A stretch of DNA of 61,023 bases, filler included, from 5 parts of 5 records of this genome joined end to end with filler, not necessarily neighbours in it, one strand, 5' to 3'; shown: positions 9,927-21,182, numbered from the whole stretch's first letter. The notes: generated by a model not told the origin, from the letters alone. Numbers and translations: made by a program.

Positions 9927-11255
9927 TTATACTCTCTTCCAGAATTCCTCTGCTGTTTCTTTTGATTTACGGTATAATTCATCTTCATCTGCTGTCAGTA
10001 ATATTCTGTCTTTCATTACGAATTCACCATTTATCATTGTGGAAATCACATTTCTGCCCATGCAGCCAAAGAGAATATGTGAATTAATATTCTCGCTGGT
10101 TATTGGTGTAGGCGCATTATAATCTACGATGATTATATCAGCTAATGCCCCCTTTTTTATTATGCCCACTGGTTCATTAAAGAATCTGGAGCATATAGCA
10201 GCATTATTATCAAAAAGCATTTGCGGTGCTTCCCCCCATGCAACGCTTGGGTCCCCCTTTTCGTGCTTGTGAATAATATTAGCTACCTTTAGGGATTCAA
10301 ACATATCTGTAGTATATCCGTCAGTACCTAGCCCTACAGTGATACCTTTATCCATCATAGTTAGTACATCAGCACATCCAACAGCATTTCCCATATTGGA
10401 TTCTGGGCAATGTACCACTATAGTATCAGTATCCTTTAGTATCTCCATCTCATTACCGTCTATATGAATTGAATGAACCGCAATTGAATTAGACCCTAGA
10501 ATACCCATGTCATTTAATCTGCTAACAACACGTTTATCATACTTTTTCAGGCTGTCTTTCACATCATCAATTCCTTCTGCTACATGAACGTGAAATCCAG
10601 CACCTTCTGATTCACTCATACATTTTTCTAATGTATCATCAGATAATGTAAATGATGCATGTAATCCAAACATAGCCTTTATCATATCGCTATCTTTAGC
10701 CTTAACATTCTTGATAAAGTCTGCATTTTCCTTAATTCCCTGATTAGCTATATCCTGTCCATCACGATCTGATACTTCATAACAGATAGATGTCCTTATC
10801 CCCAACTCGCTTGCTGCATCTGCAATAGCAAACAGACTGCCCCCGACTTGTCCTGCACTAGCGTGATGGTCAAACACAGTCGTAACACCATTTCTTATAC
10901 TATCAATATACGTTGTATATGCACTGGATTTAATCTCTGGAATACCAAGGCTTCTGTCTACCCTCCACCATAGATTCTCCAGAATTTGTGTAAAATTCTT
11001 TGAAGGCTTGGAATCTTTCAGCATCATTCCTCTGGCTAAAGCAGAATATATATGACCATGAGTATTGATTAGTCCTGGCATAATTACTTTGCCCTTCATA
11101 TCATAAAATGAACTATCCTTATAGCACTCTTTCATCTGGCTGGTAGTTCCAAAATCAATAATCAGATTATCTTTTACTGCAACACAGCCGTCATTTATTA
11201 ATGGATAATCTATATTCCTAGTTATCAGCAGTCCATTACCCAAAAGCTTTATCAT
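9927..11255 (-). CDS. ssnA: SsnA-type amidohydrolase
   Basis: PGLINTHGHIYSALARG, DHHAS, GLHASFT, HVHVAEG, PESNMGNAVG, GTDG. Confidence 0.92.
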   Translation of the reverse strand: MIKLLGNGLLITRNIDYPLINDGCVAVKDNLIIDFGTTSQMKECYKDSSFYDMKGKVIMPGLINTHGHIYSALARGMMLKDSKPSKNFTQILENLWWRVDRSLGIPEIKSSAYTTYIDSIRNGVTTVFDHHASAGQVGGSLFAIADAASELGIRTSICYEVSDRDGQDIANQGIKENADFIKNVKAKDSDMIKAMFGLHASFTLSDDTLEKCMSESEGAGFHVHVAEGIDDVKDSLKKYDKRVVSRLNDMGILGSNSIAVHSIHIDGNEMEILKDTDTIVVHCPESNMGNAVGCADVLTMMDKGITVGLGTDGYTTDMFESLKVANIIHKHEKGDPSVAWGEAPQMLFDNNAAICSRFFNEPVGIIKKGALADIIIVDYNAPTPITSENINSHILFGCMGRNVISTMINGEFVMKDRILLTADEDELYRKSKETAEEFWKRV

Positions 11256-11271
11256 TAGTTATCCTCCATAT

Positions 11272-12201
11272 TTATGGCACTATTTGTGTACCAGTTTCCC
11301 CATCCAGTCCATCAGATATTCTGTCAATAGAAGTAATCAGTGTTTTGCATTTGGGATTATCCTTTAATACATTTATACAGGAAAGCACCTTCGGCAGCAT
11401 TGAGCCTTTTTGAAAATGCTCATCTTCTATATATTGTTCGGCTTCTGTTACAGTCATAACGTCTATTGGTGTTTCATTGGATCTATTATAATTCAAGAAC
11501 ACTTTTTCTACATTTGTAAGTATCACAAAATAATCAGCATCAATAAGGTGAGCCAGCTTTGCACTGGATAAATCTTTGTCAATTACTGCTTGCACTCCCT
11601 TTAGGTGATTACCCTGCTCAACTACAGGAATCCCCCCCCCGCCGCAGGCAATAACTAATTGACCAGCATTAAGCAGTGCTTTTATACTTTCTCTCTCAAC
11701 AATATGCATAGGCTTTGGAGAAGCGACTACCTGACGATAGCCTTGGTTTTCTATGTAAGTTACATGGTCTCCCTTATTCCTTCTATGCTGTGCCTGTTCT
11801 TCCGTTAGATATAGCCCAATAGGCTTTGTAGGATTCGTAAATGCAGGGTCATCTTCATCAACAATCACCTGAGTAATAACAGTTGATACAGGAATATCCA
11901 TACCTTGGTTCAGTATCTCCTCACGCATTACATTCTGCAAATCATAACCAATATATCCTTGAGTAATGCTGACGCACACGCTCATTGTAAATTCATCAAT
12001 ATCATGATTTATTTTGTAAGTATCAAAGCAATCAAGCATTAGTCCCACTTGGGGTCCATTTCCGTGGGTTAATACTATTTCATACCCCTTCTTTAATAAA
12101 TCAACAATCTTTTTGCTTGTTTTTTGGACAGCTTCCATCTGCTCATGCAGGGATTTACCAAGAGCATTACCGCCAAGAGCAATTACTATACGCTTGCTCA
12201 T
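11272..12201 (-). CDS. arcC: Carbamate kinase (YqeA/ArcC)
   Basis: IALGGNAL, THGNGPQVG, PTKPIG, GGGGIPV, AVIDKD, GSMLPK. Confidence 0.95.
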   Translation of the reverse strand: MSKRIVIALGGNALGKSLHEQMEAVQKTSKKIVDLLKKGYEIVLTHGNGPQVGLMLDCFDTYKINHDIDEFTMSVCVSITQGYIGYDLQNVMREEILNQGMDIPVSTVITQVIVDEDDPAFTNPTKPIGLYLTEEQAQHRRNKGDHVTYIENQGYRQVVASPKPMHIVERESIKALLNAGQLVIACGGGGIPVVEQGNHLKGVQAVIDKDLSSAKLAHLIDADYFVILTNVEKVFLNYNRSNETPIDVMTVTEAEQYIEDEHFQKGSMLPKVLSCINVLKDNPKCKTLITSIDRISDGLDGETGTQIVP

Positions 12202-12202
12202 C

Positions 12203-13396
12203 TTATTTTCTCCATCGAATATTTCCGTCTTCCAATAGCATCTTAAGCGTAGCTTCTGGATTCTTTACCTTGCTTAAGAAAATCATTGCTGCAATAATAT
12301 ATGGCTTATATCCTGCCTCTTTGTACAGAGCAACTCTATATCTGTCAAAAACACTGGCAGATACCTCTCCTCTATCACAAGAAACACCTGTAATATCAGC
12401 TGGCAGGCAATGCATGTACAGGGCTTTTTTATCCTTTGTGAGATTCAACATCTCTTCTGTACATTCCCAGTCTTTATTCTGTGCGTTTTGCTCCAGCAGC
12501 TCTTTCTCCAATGCCTTAATTCCGTCAAAATCGCCATTGCCGTACATTATGGTTCTCTTCTCCATAGCTGCAAATGGTGCCCATGATTTAGGATATACAA
12601 TATCAGCATCAGCAAACGCATCTTTCATATCATTTGTCACTCGAAAGCTGCCACCTGATACCTTTGCATTATTTCTAGCTACTTCTTCCACATCGCTCAT
12701 TATCTCATAGCCTTCCGGGTGAGCCAGGACTACATCCATACCAAATCTGGTCATTAATCCAGCTATACCCTGAGGTACTGAAAGTGGCTTACCATAGGAT
12801 GGTGAATAAGCCCAGCTCATAGCAATCTTTTTACCTTTCAGGTTCTCTACACCACCGAATTCATTTATAATATGAGCCATATCTGCCATTGACTGTGTTG
12901 GATGGTCAATATCACACTGAAGATTTACAAGGGTAGGTCTTTGCTCTAATACACCGTCATTATGCCCTTCCTGTACATATTGAGAAACATCCCTCATATA
13001 TGCATTACCTTTACCGATATACATATCATCACGTATACCGATGACATCAGCCATAAATGATATCATATTTGCGGTTTCACGCACTGTTTCACCGTGAGCA
13101 ATCTGGGATTTACCTTCATCCAAATCCTGTACCTCAAGACCTAGGAGATTGCAGGCACTTGCAAAGGAAAATCTAGTCCTAGTTGAATTATCCCTAAATA
13201 ATGAAATAGCCAGACCACTGTCAAATATTTTTGAAGAGATATTGTTTTCTCTTAAACACCTCAATGCATCCGCAACTTTAAAAACGCCCTGTAGTTCATC
13301 AGAGGATTTCCCCCATGTAAGCAGAAAATCATCACCATGCATTTTCGATAAATCCAATTTACCAATTTGTTCTATCAATTTACTAATGTTATCCAT
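12203..13396 (-). CDS. ygeW: YgeW knotted carbamoyltransferase
   Basis: FRDNSTRTRFS, LQCDIDHPTQ, WAYSPSYGKPLSVPQG, MHCLPADI. Confidence 0.95.
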   Translation of the reverse strand: MDNISKLIEQIGKLDLSKMHGDDFLLTWGKSSDELQGVFKVADALRCLRENNISSKIFDSGLAISLFRDNSTRTRFSFASACNLLGLEVQDLDEGKSQIAHGETVRETANMISFMADVIGIRDDMYIGKGNAYMRDVSQYVQEGHNDGVLEQRPTLVNLQCDIDHPTQSMADMAHIINEFGGVENLKGKKIAMSWAYSPSYGKPLSVPQGIAGLMTRFGMDVVLAHPEGYEIMSDVEEVARNNAKVSGGSFRVTNDMKDAFADADIVYPKSWAPFAAMEKRTIMYGNGDFDGIKALEKELLEQNAQNKDWECTEEMLNLTKDKKALYMHCLPADITGVSCDRGEVSASVFDRYRVALYKEAGYKPYIIAAMIFLSKVKNPEATLKMLLEDGNIRWRK

Positions 13397-13419
13397 ATTA
13401 ATACCTCATTCAATATCTG

Positions 13420-14622
13420 TTATTCGTTTTCTTGTTTGCGATAGCATGTTGGCAGAGCAGCATATACTGCAGCACAGCGTATTAAGTCAGCTTTCCATGT
13501 CTTTTCATTCGGTGCATGAGCTTCCTTTTCCTTACCTGGCCCAAAGCCAATACACGGAATATTATACCTGCCCATTATAGATACACCGTTAGTGGAGAAT
13601 GTCCACTTGTCTACCTTGGGTGTGCCAAACATGCCTTTATACGCATCAACGATTGCATTAGTTGTAATATGATTTTCTGATGTAACCCAAGTAGGGAAAT
13701 AGCAGTCTGTAGGATATACAAGCTCAGTGTATGATGGTCTGTTATATTTATACATGCTTACTTTTGCGTCATATTTTTTAACAGTAGGTAATGCTCTTAT
13801 TTCTTCTAATGCCATTTGATACGTTTCACCATCTGTCAGCCTTCTGTCAATTGAAATAGCGCAGCTATCTGCAACTGCACATCTTGATGGAGATGTAAAG
13901 AATATTTCTGAAACCGCAAGAGTCCCTTTCCCTAAGAAATCATCTAAATGAAGTTTATCACTTAATGCCTTAACTTCCCCTATAATCTCTGCCATTTTGT
14001 ATATAGCATTGTCTCCACGTTCAGGTGCTGAGCCATGACATGAAATTCCTTTGACATCTACTCGGATTTCCATTCTGCCACGCTGCCCACGATATATATT
14101 TCCATCCGTAGGTTCTGTAATCACTACAAATTCAGGCTTAATATCTCCTTCATTTATAATATACTGCCAGCACAGTCCGTCGCAGTCTTCTTCCTGAACT
14201 GTACCTGTGACAAGAACAGTATATCCTGCAAGCAAATCCAAATCCTTCATGATCTTGGCACCATATACTGCACTCACTAAACCGCCTAATTGATCAGAAG
14301 TACCTCTGCCGCCGATTTCTTCCTCGGTCTCATAGCCTTCATATGGATCAAAATCCCAGTTTTCAATATTTCCTATACCTACAGTATCAATATGAGCATC
14401 ATAAGCTATAATCTTATCACCATTACCCATAAAGCCAAAAATATTGCCCATCTTATCTACTTCAACTTTGTCAAAGTCTAGCTTGCACATTTCTTCTTTG
14501 ATTCTTTCAATTACTTTTCTTTCCTGTGCACTTTCTCCCGGAATAGCTACCAAATCCCGCAGAAATCTTACCATCTGCTTCTCATATCCATTAGCAGTGT
14601 CCTTAATCAGATTAAATTCCAT
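13420..14622 (-). CDS. ygeY: YgeY M20-family hydrolase
   Basis: [45 protein letters not shown]. Confidence 0.93.
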   Translation of the reverse strand: MEFNLIKDTANGYEKQMVRFLRDLVAIPGESAQERKVIERIKEEMCKLDFDKVEVDKMGNIFGFMGNGDKIIAYDAHIDTVGIGNIENWDFDPYEGYETEEEIGGRGTSDQLGGLVSAVYGAKIMKDLDLLAGYTVLVTGTVQEEDCDGLCWQYIINEGDIKPEFVVITEPTDGNIYRGQRGRMEIRVDVKGISCHGSAPERGDNAIYKMAEIIGEVKALSDKLHLDDFLGKGTLAVSEIFFTSPSRCAVADSCAISIDRRLTDGETYQMALEEIRALPTVKKYDAKVSMYKYNRPSYTELVYPTDCYFPTWVTSENHITTNAIVDAYKGMFGTPKVDKWTFSTNGVSIMGRYNIPCIGFGPGKEKEAHAPNEKTWKADLIRCAAVYAALPTCYRKQENE

Positions 14623-14739
14623 TCATTTCTCCTTAAGCTTAAAAATTTTTATTTGTATATTATAAGTAACAATTTCCATTACATATTTTATGTGGTTTAT
14701 ATAATATTAATATATATTAATACTATAATGTATTTTAAA

Positions 14740-14768
14740 AATGTAACATGTCTGTTATGCTTTGTCAA
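14740..14768 (-). promoter_or_regulatory. Sigma70/SigA promoter for the yge operon
   Basis: Minus strand TTGACA-17 nt-TACATT with an extended -10 TGn, about 120 nt upstream of the ygeY start. Confidence 0.65.
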
Positions 14769-14899
14769 CTTGATTAATTATAGCAATAAATCCTTCTATA
14801 GCATGTATTTACTGCATTTGTTAATCTGGATATAATGCTTTATTAATAGTATCAAAAAAACTAACGCAGTAACTTTATATTTCTAATCTTTAATATAGT

Positions 14900-14931
14900 A
14901 AAAGAACTGCACATATATTATTGCAGTTCTT
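14900..14931 (-). terminator. Intrinsic terminator after the GH43 gene
   Basis: AAGAACTGCA-10 nt-TGCAGTTCTT stem followed by Ts on the minus strand. Confidence 0.6.
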
Positions 14932-14954
14932 CATCAATTTTTTAGATAGATTTA

Positions 14955-16541
14955 TTATAAATCCAAGGAATTATATTTAAAATACTCAAAATCAGCATAA
15001 AAATCCTGATGTCTCATGTCTACAGCCTGCATTCCTATAAATGCACCTGTAAACCCCATAGGTTCTGCATATTCATCTGAAAGTATTGATGAGTCATATT
15101 CTCCCGGAAATTCAATAAATTTATCTCCTAACGCATAATAGAATTTTACTGTACGGTTTCTGACTGCAACTTTTAATGTAATACTTCCATTATAGTCAAT
15201 CTCAATATCTTTAATTGTCAATTTAGCTCTGTCGAAGCTTAACAATCCCAGATAATATTTATTACTATATTCATCATAAGACACTCTCAAGTAGTACTGA
15301 TTACTCTCATTATATCTGTAACTCAACCCTGCCATGTGATGGAATGATTGAGGATTGCATTCGAATTTTGTCTCAGCTTCAAAGCAAAAATCCTTTTGCC
15401 TGATTGCCGCAATTGCCTGAGTGAATCGTGAAGCTACAGATTCCTTACCATATAATCGCAGATAACCCTTACGTTCATCTATTGATGCAAAAGTCTCCAT
15501 AGGTATTCTCAGTGATTGAAAGTCCTTTTTAAAATTCCAATTATTAAATGTCCACTGCTTTTTAACTATTTTAATAGTTTCTACATCATCTTGTATTTCA
15601 ATATAATCCTGAGGTGTATTAGTAAGTCCTGCGAGACTGGTAATATATGGCCACCCATCTTTCCATGCAACTTTCTGAATGGATGTCTCTCTGCCCAATA
15701 CACATCTATTTGTACCTTCGATAGGTCTTCCACAGAGATGAACAAATATCCATTCACCATCATTATTTTCACACATACTGGCATGACCAGCTTTCTTGAT
15801 GTAAACATCCTTTTTGTAACTGGTGATAATAGGATTCTCTGGATGGTTTTCATATGGTCCTAATATATTCTTGCTTCGAGCTATTGATTCAGCATGCTCA
15901 TAGGTTGTACCTCCCTCAGCTACCATTATATAATAATAGTCATTCTTCTTATAAATATGAGGGCCTTCAGCCAGTCCAATTTCTGTACCAGTGTAAATCT
16001 TTGTAATATCACCAATCAGCATACCTTTATCTTCATCGAATTCCTGAGCTACTATACCAGAGAACTTGTCTGCGCCTTCCTGTCTATAATCCCAGTCCAG
16101 GTTTATATACCACTTTCTGCCATCATCATCATGAAATAAAGACGCATCAAAGCCGCTGGAATTCATATAAACAGGCTCACTCCAATCACCATATATATCC
16201 TCTGTTGTGGTCAGATAATTATGACAGTCCTTAAAAGGTGTTTCCAAATCATTCCAGCCCTTTACATCTGTGTATATCAAATAGAATTTACCTTTATCGT
16301 ATGTAAGGCAAGGTGCCCATATTCCGCCTGATGGAGGATTGCCCTTCATATCCAGTAAACTTACTCTATCTAGTGGTCTGCAGGCTAATTCCCAGCTTAC
16401 TAAATCGCTTGATTCATGTATCTGTACTCCCGGAAACCATTCGAATGTACTTGTAGCTATATAATACTTTCCATCAGCAAAACATATGGCAGGATCAGGA
16501 TTGAATCCTGTAAGAATTGGGTTGTTAATCTTCGTACTCAT
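14955..16541 (-). CDS. GH43 beta-xylosidase/arabinofuranosidase (XynB-like)
   Basis: NPILTGFNPDP, STFEWFPG, GIWAP, SSGFDASLFHD, EGPH, GFTG; start set at MSTKINNP with an AGAGG RBS. Confidence 0.9.
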   Translation of the reverse strand: MSTKINNPILTGFNPDPAICFADGKYYIATSTFEWFPGVQIHESSDLVSWELACRPLDRVSLLDMKGNPPSGGIWAPCLTYDKGKFYLIYTDVKGWNDLETPFKDCHNYLTTTEDIYGDWSEPVYMNSSGFDASLFHDDDGRKWYINLDWDYRQEGADKFSGIVAQEFDEDKGMLIGDITKIYTGTEIGLAEGPHIYKKNDYYYIMVAEGGTTYEHAESIARSKNILGPYENHPENPIITSYKKDVYIKKAGHASMCENNDGEWIFVHLCGRPIEGTNRCVLGRETSIQKVAWKDGWPYITSLAGLTNTPQDYIEIQDDVETIKIVKKQWTFNNWNFKKDFQSLRIPMETFASIDERKGYLRLYGKESVASRFTQAIAAIRQKDFCFEAETKFECNPQSFHHMAGLSYRYNESNQYYLRVSYDEYSNKYYLGLLSFDRAKLTIKDIEIDYNGSITLKVAVRNRTVKFYYALGDKFIEFPGEYDSSILSDEYAEPMGFTGAFIGMQAVDMRHQDFYADFEYFKYNSLDL

Positions 16542-16551
16542 AATTTGTCCT

Positions 16552-17874
16552 CTATAGTAATCGGTCTTCAATTATTTGCTTATATCTATAAAAGCTATTC
16601 TTTGGGTATCTCTTTTGTGTTTTATAATCAACATAAACTAAACCAAATCTCTTTTCATATCCGTTTGACCATTCGAAATTATCCATTAATGACCAAACAT
16701 AATACCCAATAATATTCATATTTTCGTTATTAAGTTTTTCTACCACTTTTAGGTGTTTCTCCAGATAGTCAATTCTGTTAGCATCATTTACTGTATCGCC
16801 TTCCAGTTCATCATCCCATGCAGAACCATTCTCAGTAATAATAATGGGAATATTAGTATAATCCGTCCTTATTCTATGAATGATATCATACAATCCTTTT
16901 GGAGCAACATCCCATCCCATTGCGGTCTTTATTGTATCTGTTTCTACATGCTTTATTGAATTGTCACTATTATTATCATACGCAACTATTGTTCTTGTAT
17001 AATAATTTATCCCAAGAAAATCTATTGGCTGAGATGCCAATTCCAAATCCTCACTCTTTATAAATCCAAAATCATTGACTTCTGGTAAAAAGCTTATTAT
17101 GTGTTCCATTGGATAGCTGCCTTTAAATATTGGATCCAGATGCATCTTGTTGATTGCTGCATCTTCCATAGCTTTTGCTATTTGATTGTTATATTCATTA
17201 TCTATTGCATATGCCGTAGCAACATTTATAACAATTCCAATAGGCTTTTTGTACTTTGTTCTGTAGTACCAAAGAGCTAGTCCATGAGCTAGATTAATAT
17301 TATGAGCAGCTATAAAATACTCCCTGGAATCTTTGTGTCCAGGTGCATGCACTCCAGTTAAATAACCTAAATAAGCAGAACAGAAAGGTTCATTAAAGGT
17401 CACCCAGCTGTCCACATATTCATCAAAATTATCAAAAAGAATACGTGCATACTCCAGATAAAGATGAGATGTATCCCGAGATATCCAGCCTCCGTTTTTT
17501 TCATAAATCCACTGAGGCATATCCCAATGATAAGTGGTAACGCTTGCCTTAATATTGTTTCTTTTTAACTCTAGTAATATATCTTTATAGAATTTTAATC
17601 CTTCGCTTGATATTATGCCTTCACTTGGCATCACCCTTGCCCATGATACAGAGAACCTATAGGTATCTACGCCCAGCTCCTTCATCAAAGCAATATCTTC
17701 TTTGTATTTTGTAACATGTTCACATGCAATGCTTCCATTGCTACCGTCAGAAATAGTGTTTTTCTTTTTTGCGAAACTATCCCATATACTATCAATTTCT
17801 GTTCCAGAAACTTGGGTGCCTTCAATCTGGTATGACGAAGTCGCCACACCAAACTGAAACTTACTATCAAACAT
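16552..17874 (-). CDS. GH1 beta-glucosidase
   Basis: FGVATSSYQIEG, TFNEP (acid/base), ITENG (nucleophile), WSLMDNFEW. Confidence 0.93.
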   Translation of the reverse strand: MFDSKFQFGVATSSYQIEGTQVSGTEIDSIWDSFAKKKNTISDGSNGSIACEHVTKYKEDIALMKELGVDTYRFSVSWARVMPSEGIISSEGLKFYKDILLELKRNNIKASVTTYHWDMPQWIYEKNGGWISRDTSHLYLEYARILFDNFDEYVDSWVTFNEPFCSAYLGYLTGVHAPGHKDSREYFIAAHNINLAHGLALWYYRTKYKKPIGIVINVATAYAIDNEYNNQIAKAMEDAAINKMHLDPIFKGSYPMEHIISFLPEVNDFGFIKSEDLELASQPIDFLGINYYTRTIVAYDNNSDNSIKHVETDTIKTAMGWDVAPKGLYDIIHRIRTDYTNIPIIITENGSAWDDELEGDTVNDANRIDYLEKHLKVVEKLNNENMNIIGYYVWSLMDNFEWSNGYEKRFGLVYVDYKTQKRYPKNSFYRYKQIIEDRLL

Positions 17875-17884
17875 TTAACTTCTC

Positions 17885-18733
17885 CTAACCTTTTACACTG
17901 CCTAGCGCTACACCAGCAATAATATATTTTGATAGGATAAAGTATATAATAAACAAAGGAAGTACTGTCAGAGACAAGCCCAGATATACAGAACCATACT
18001 CTGTTTTATAAATATCACCTCGAAGCAAGCTTACCATAATAGGCATTGTATATTTATCACTATCAGTCAGCAAAATCAATGGCATAAACAAGTTATTCCA
18101 GCTTGCAACAAATGCGAAAATTGCCTGTGTAGCTATTGCTGGCTTCATAATAGGTATGATTATTCTATTAAATATATGGAACTCACCAGCTCCATCTATT
18201 CTTGCTGAATTAACTACGTCCAGAGAAAGCGTTGCAAGCAGATATTGCCGCATGAAAAATACAACTGCTGGAGCCGCTATTGATGGAAGTATCAAAGCCA
18301 GAAAATTATTAGTTAACTTAATCTGATACATAAACTGATAGAAACCAATACTTACAACCTGCGTAGGTATCATCATAACCGCCATAATAAATGTAAAGAA
18401 CGGCTGTCTCATTTTCCAGTTATATGCTACTAACGCAAATGCTGTCAAGGATGAGAAATAAACTGCACATAGTGTGGCACCAGATGATATAATCATTGAG
18501 TTTATAAAACCCTTTATAGGTTTAAATGTCTTTCCAGTCAATATAGCTAAGTTCTTTAGCAAATGGGTTGAAGGCAATAGAGAGATAGCATGCTGCTGAA
18601 TCTCATATGTTCCACGAGTAGCATTCATAAACATTATCCAGAATGGTAATATGCTCAAAATTGCCAGCAAAATACAGAAAACGTATATAAATATCTGAAA
18701 AACTGAATTTAATACTTTATTATTTCTCCTCAT
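17885..18733 (-). CDS. Carbohydrate ABC transporter permease (MalG-like)
   Basis: Multiple TM segments, EAA-like loop NSARIDGAGE, FVASWN. Confidence 0.92.
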   Translation of the reverse strand: MRRNNKVLNSVFQIFIYVFCILLAILSILPFWIMFMNATRGTYEIQQHAISLLPSTHLLKNLAILTGKTFKPIKGFINSMIISSGATLCAVYFSSLTAFALVAYNWKMRQPFFTFIMAVMMIPTQVVSIGFYQFMYQIKLTNNFLALILPSIAAPAVVFFMRQYLLATLSLDVVNSARIDGAGEFHIFNRIIIPIMKPAIATQAIFAFVASWNNLFMPLILLTDSDKYTMPIMVSLLRGDIYKTEYGSVYLGLSLTVLPLFIIYFILSKYIIAGVALGSVKG

Positions 18734-19710
18734 CTTGCTACCCTCCTTGGTTTTTTCTGAGCCTTATTGTATGATTTTATTAATGCTTTCTTTTGTTTTC
18801 TTTCAATTGCAGCTTCTTTATCTCTCATTAGGACAAAAATAAGTGCTGATAATATTGCAATCAGTACAAACATAAGCATGCTTGCAGCTGCAGCACGATT
18901 ATATAGATAACTTCCGCTAAATGCCTGATTATATATGAAAACACTTGTTGTCAATGTAGCATTATCAGGTCCCCCCTGTAGAAACATCTTTGGTATATCA
19001 AACATCTGTAAACCACCAATTAAGCTGGTTACAAGTGTAAATAACAATATAGTTTTTAAATTAGGCAGAGTTACTCGGAAAAACGTCTGCGCTGCTGATG
19101 CACCATCAATCTCCGCCGCTTCAAACAACTCTGGATTTATTCCCAAAACGCCTGCTATAAGTATAATCATTGTATAACCATACCACATCCAAAATTGAAT
19201 AAATGCAACAATTCCTTTTGCTGTCCATCCATCTATAAGGAAGTTTATCGGTTCCTCTGACCATCCAAGCATCTGATACAAATCGTTAACAGGTCCCATT
19301 GGATATCCAAACAACGAATTAAACAATATAGCTATAGTAGCTGCTGTAATTATGTTCGGCATATAGAACAAGACTTTAAATATGCCTTGCCCCTTTATTT
19401 TATGACGTGTACTTGTAAACCATGCAGTTAATAAAAGTGCTAAAAATATCTGTGGTATAAAGTTCATAATCCAAATTATAGCTGTATTCTTTACAGAAGT
19501 TTGAAATGATGGAATATTTATAACTGTCTTAAAATTACTAAATGGTTCTGATAAAAAATTAAATCCGCTCCTAATAAGGCCCTTCATATCAGTAAATCCT
19601 ATTATTGCAGTATAAATAACAGGGTATAACCAAAATAGAAGAAAAGCTATTACAAACGGTATGCAGAAAATATAACCATATTTAGCATAGCTGACTCCCT
19701 TGTGTCGCAT
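18730..19710 (-). CDS. Carbohydrate ABC transporter permease (MalF-like)
   Basis: EAAEIDGAS loop, multiple TM segments, 4-nt overlap with the next permease. Confidence 0.92.
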   Translation of the reverse strand: MRHKGVSYAKYGYIFCIPFVIAFLLFWLYPVIYTAIIGFTDMKGLIRSGFNFLSEPFSNFKTVINIPSFQTSVKNTAIIWIMNFIPQIFLALLLTAWFTSTRHKIKGQGIFKVLFYMPNIITAATIAILFNSLFGYPMGPVNDLYQMLGWSEEPINFLIDGWTAKGIVAFIQFWMWYGYTMIILIAGVLGINPELFEAAEIDGASAAQTFFRVTLPNLKTILLFTLVTSLIGGLQMFDIPKMFLQGGPDNATLTTSVFIYNQAFSGSYLYNRAAAASMLMFVLIAILSALIFVLMRDKEAAIERKQKKALIKSYNKAQKKPRRVAR

Positions 19711-19754
19711 TATATTTCACCTCCGAAAATATTAATTATATATAAACTAACATA

Positions 19755-19793
19755 AATAAAAAGAGGACGGATTGAGTAGACTCCTTCCGTCCC
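19755..19793 (-). terminator. Stem-loop/leaky terminator between the SBP gene and the permeases
   Basis: GGACGGA...TCCGTCC stem with inner GAGT/ACTC, followed by TCTTTTTATTT on the minus strand. Confidence 0.6.
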
Positions 19794-19810
19794 CAAGTTG
19801 TTAGTCCATA

Positions 19811-21121
19811 TTATTCAACAACAACGTCTAGGTTGTCTGCAACTTGTTGCTTGAAGTCTGCTATTGCTTCATCACGTGTTTTGTTGCCTGCTGTATACTC
19901 ACGTACTTGATCACGCCAGTAATTGTTGATTGTTTCATCATATTGAGTCAAGTTCTTACCATTAGCAAATTCGCCAGCTGGTACGAAAGCATCAAACATG
20001 TTTTGTCCGCCTAAGAAATCAAGAGTACCGTCAGATACCTTCATAACTGCGCCAGAAGCAACTGTGTCTTTTGTTCCGCCTTCACCATTTAATGTACCAT
20101 TTGCCCACATGTATTGAAGTCCAGTTTCAGAAGTATCAAGTGTAATCCACTCAATGATGTCGCCAACTTCATCTTTAACGTCGCTGTCTTTGTTTGCCAA
20201 TACCCATGTGCCGCCCCAGAAGAAACCTACTGGAGGTTCACAAACTGCCCAATCGCCGTATGTATCTTCAGCATTACCAGCTAAAACATAGTTGATTAAC
20301 CATGCAGGTCCGAAGTAACCGAATATCTTTTGAGGACCAGCATCTTTCATATCTGCATACCATGCATCTTGCCAGTCTTCTGTGTCATTATGATAGCCAT
20401 TTTCCATTAGTGACATAGATAAGTCTAAGAATTCTTCACGTTTAGGATCAATATTCAATTTACCGTCTACAATCCAACCTTCGTCAGAACTGTTTTCAAC
20501 TGCGTGCCAGATGTCACCGTCACCAGATACAATACCATAGCCTTTTTCTTTTAGCTCAGCTGCTGCTGTAAAGAATTGATCCCAGCCAGGACCGATTTTT
20601 TCTGTGATAACAGCTGGATCATCTGTGCCCCATACGTCTTCAGCTATAGAACGACGATAGATAAATGCACCACCAGTTGCTTGATAGCCCAGAGCTACTA
20701 GGTTACCATCACCATTAGTACCGATATCAACAGTATATTGTGCAATTTCAGCTTCACTGACTTTAGCATCTACATCGATGCCTAAGTCTTCATAGCTTGC
20801 AGCAAAACCTGATGCATCACCTTGTGAATACTTAAGTATGAAAGCAGCTTCTGCACAGTATATATCAGGAGCATCATCTCCACCAGTAGCAAGTGCTTGG
20901 TCTAAAGCAGGCTGATATGCACCATCAGTAGTTGCAATAATAGTTGTCTTAATCTCATAGTCAAGCTCTGGATGCAGTTCCAAATACTTAGCAATCATGT
21001 TAGGTACTTCTTCTGTAAAGCTGTAAACATTAATTACTTTTGGTCCTTTTTCAGCGCAAGACGTCATTGAGAAAACCATTGCTAACACTAAGATTAGTAC
21101 GATAAGTTTTTTCATTTTCAT
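19811..21121 (-). CDS. Sugar ABC transporter substrate-binding lipoprotein
   Basis: Signal peptide with lipobox MTSC, APDI motif, FWGGTW; precedes two permeases. Confidence 0.9.
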   Translation of the reverse strand: MKMKKLIVLILVLAMVFSMTSCAEKGPKVINVYSFTEEVPNMIAKYLELHPELDYEIKTTIIATTDGAYQPALDQALATGGDDAPDIYCAEAAFILKYSQGDASGFAASYEDLGIDVDAKVSEAEIAQYTVDIGTNGDGNLVALGYQATGGAFIYRRSIAEDVWGTDDPAVITEKIGPGWDQFFTAAAELKEKGYGIVSGDGDIWHAVENSSDEGWIVDGKLNIDPKREEFLDLSMSLMENGYHNDTEDWQDAWYADMKDAGPQKIFGYFGPAWLINYVLAGNAEDTYGDWAVCEPPVGFFWGGTWVLANKDSDVKDEVGDIIEWITLDTSETGLQYMWANGTLNGEGGTKDTVASGAVMKVSDGTLDFLGGQNMFDAFVPAGEFANGKNLTQYDETINNYWRDQVREYTAGNKTRDEAIADFKQQVADNLDVVVE

Positions 21122-21182
21122 TCTTCTCCTTATAATAATTATTATATTTGGACTTTTTAGCCCAAAATTTCCTTCCTCTTGC

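Noticed and set aside
11632..11640. 9-nt G tract (minus strand) in carbamate kinase as a phase-variation site
   Set aside because: It encodes the conserved GGGG motif and is in frame; no evidence of slippage
255..14622. Selenocysteine recoding in the selenium-linked cluster
   Set aside because: All ORFs are continuous with no in-frame TGA; this family uses a labile Se cofactor
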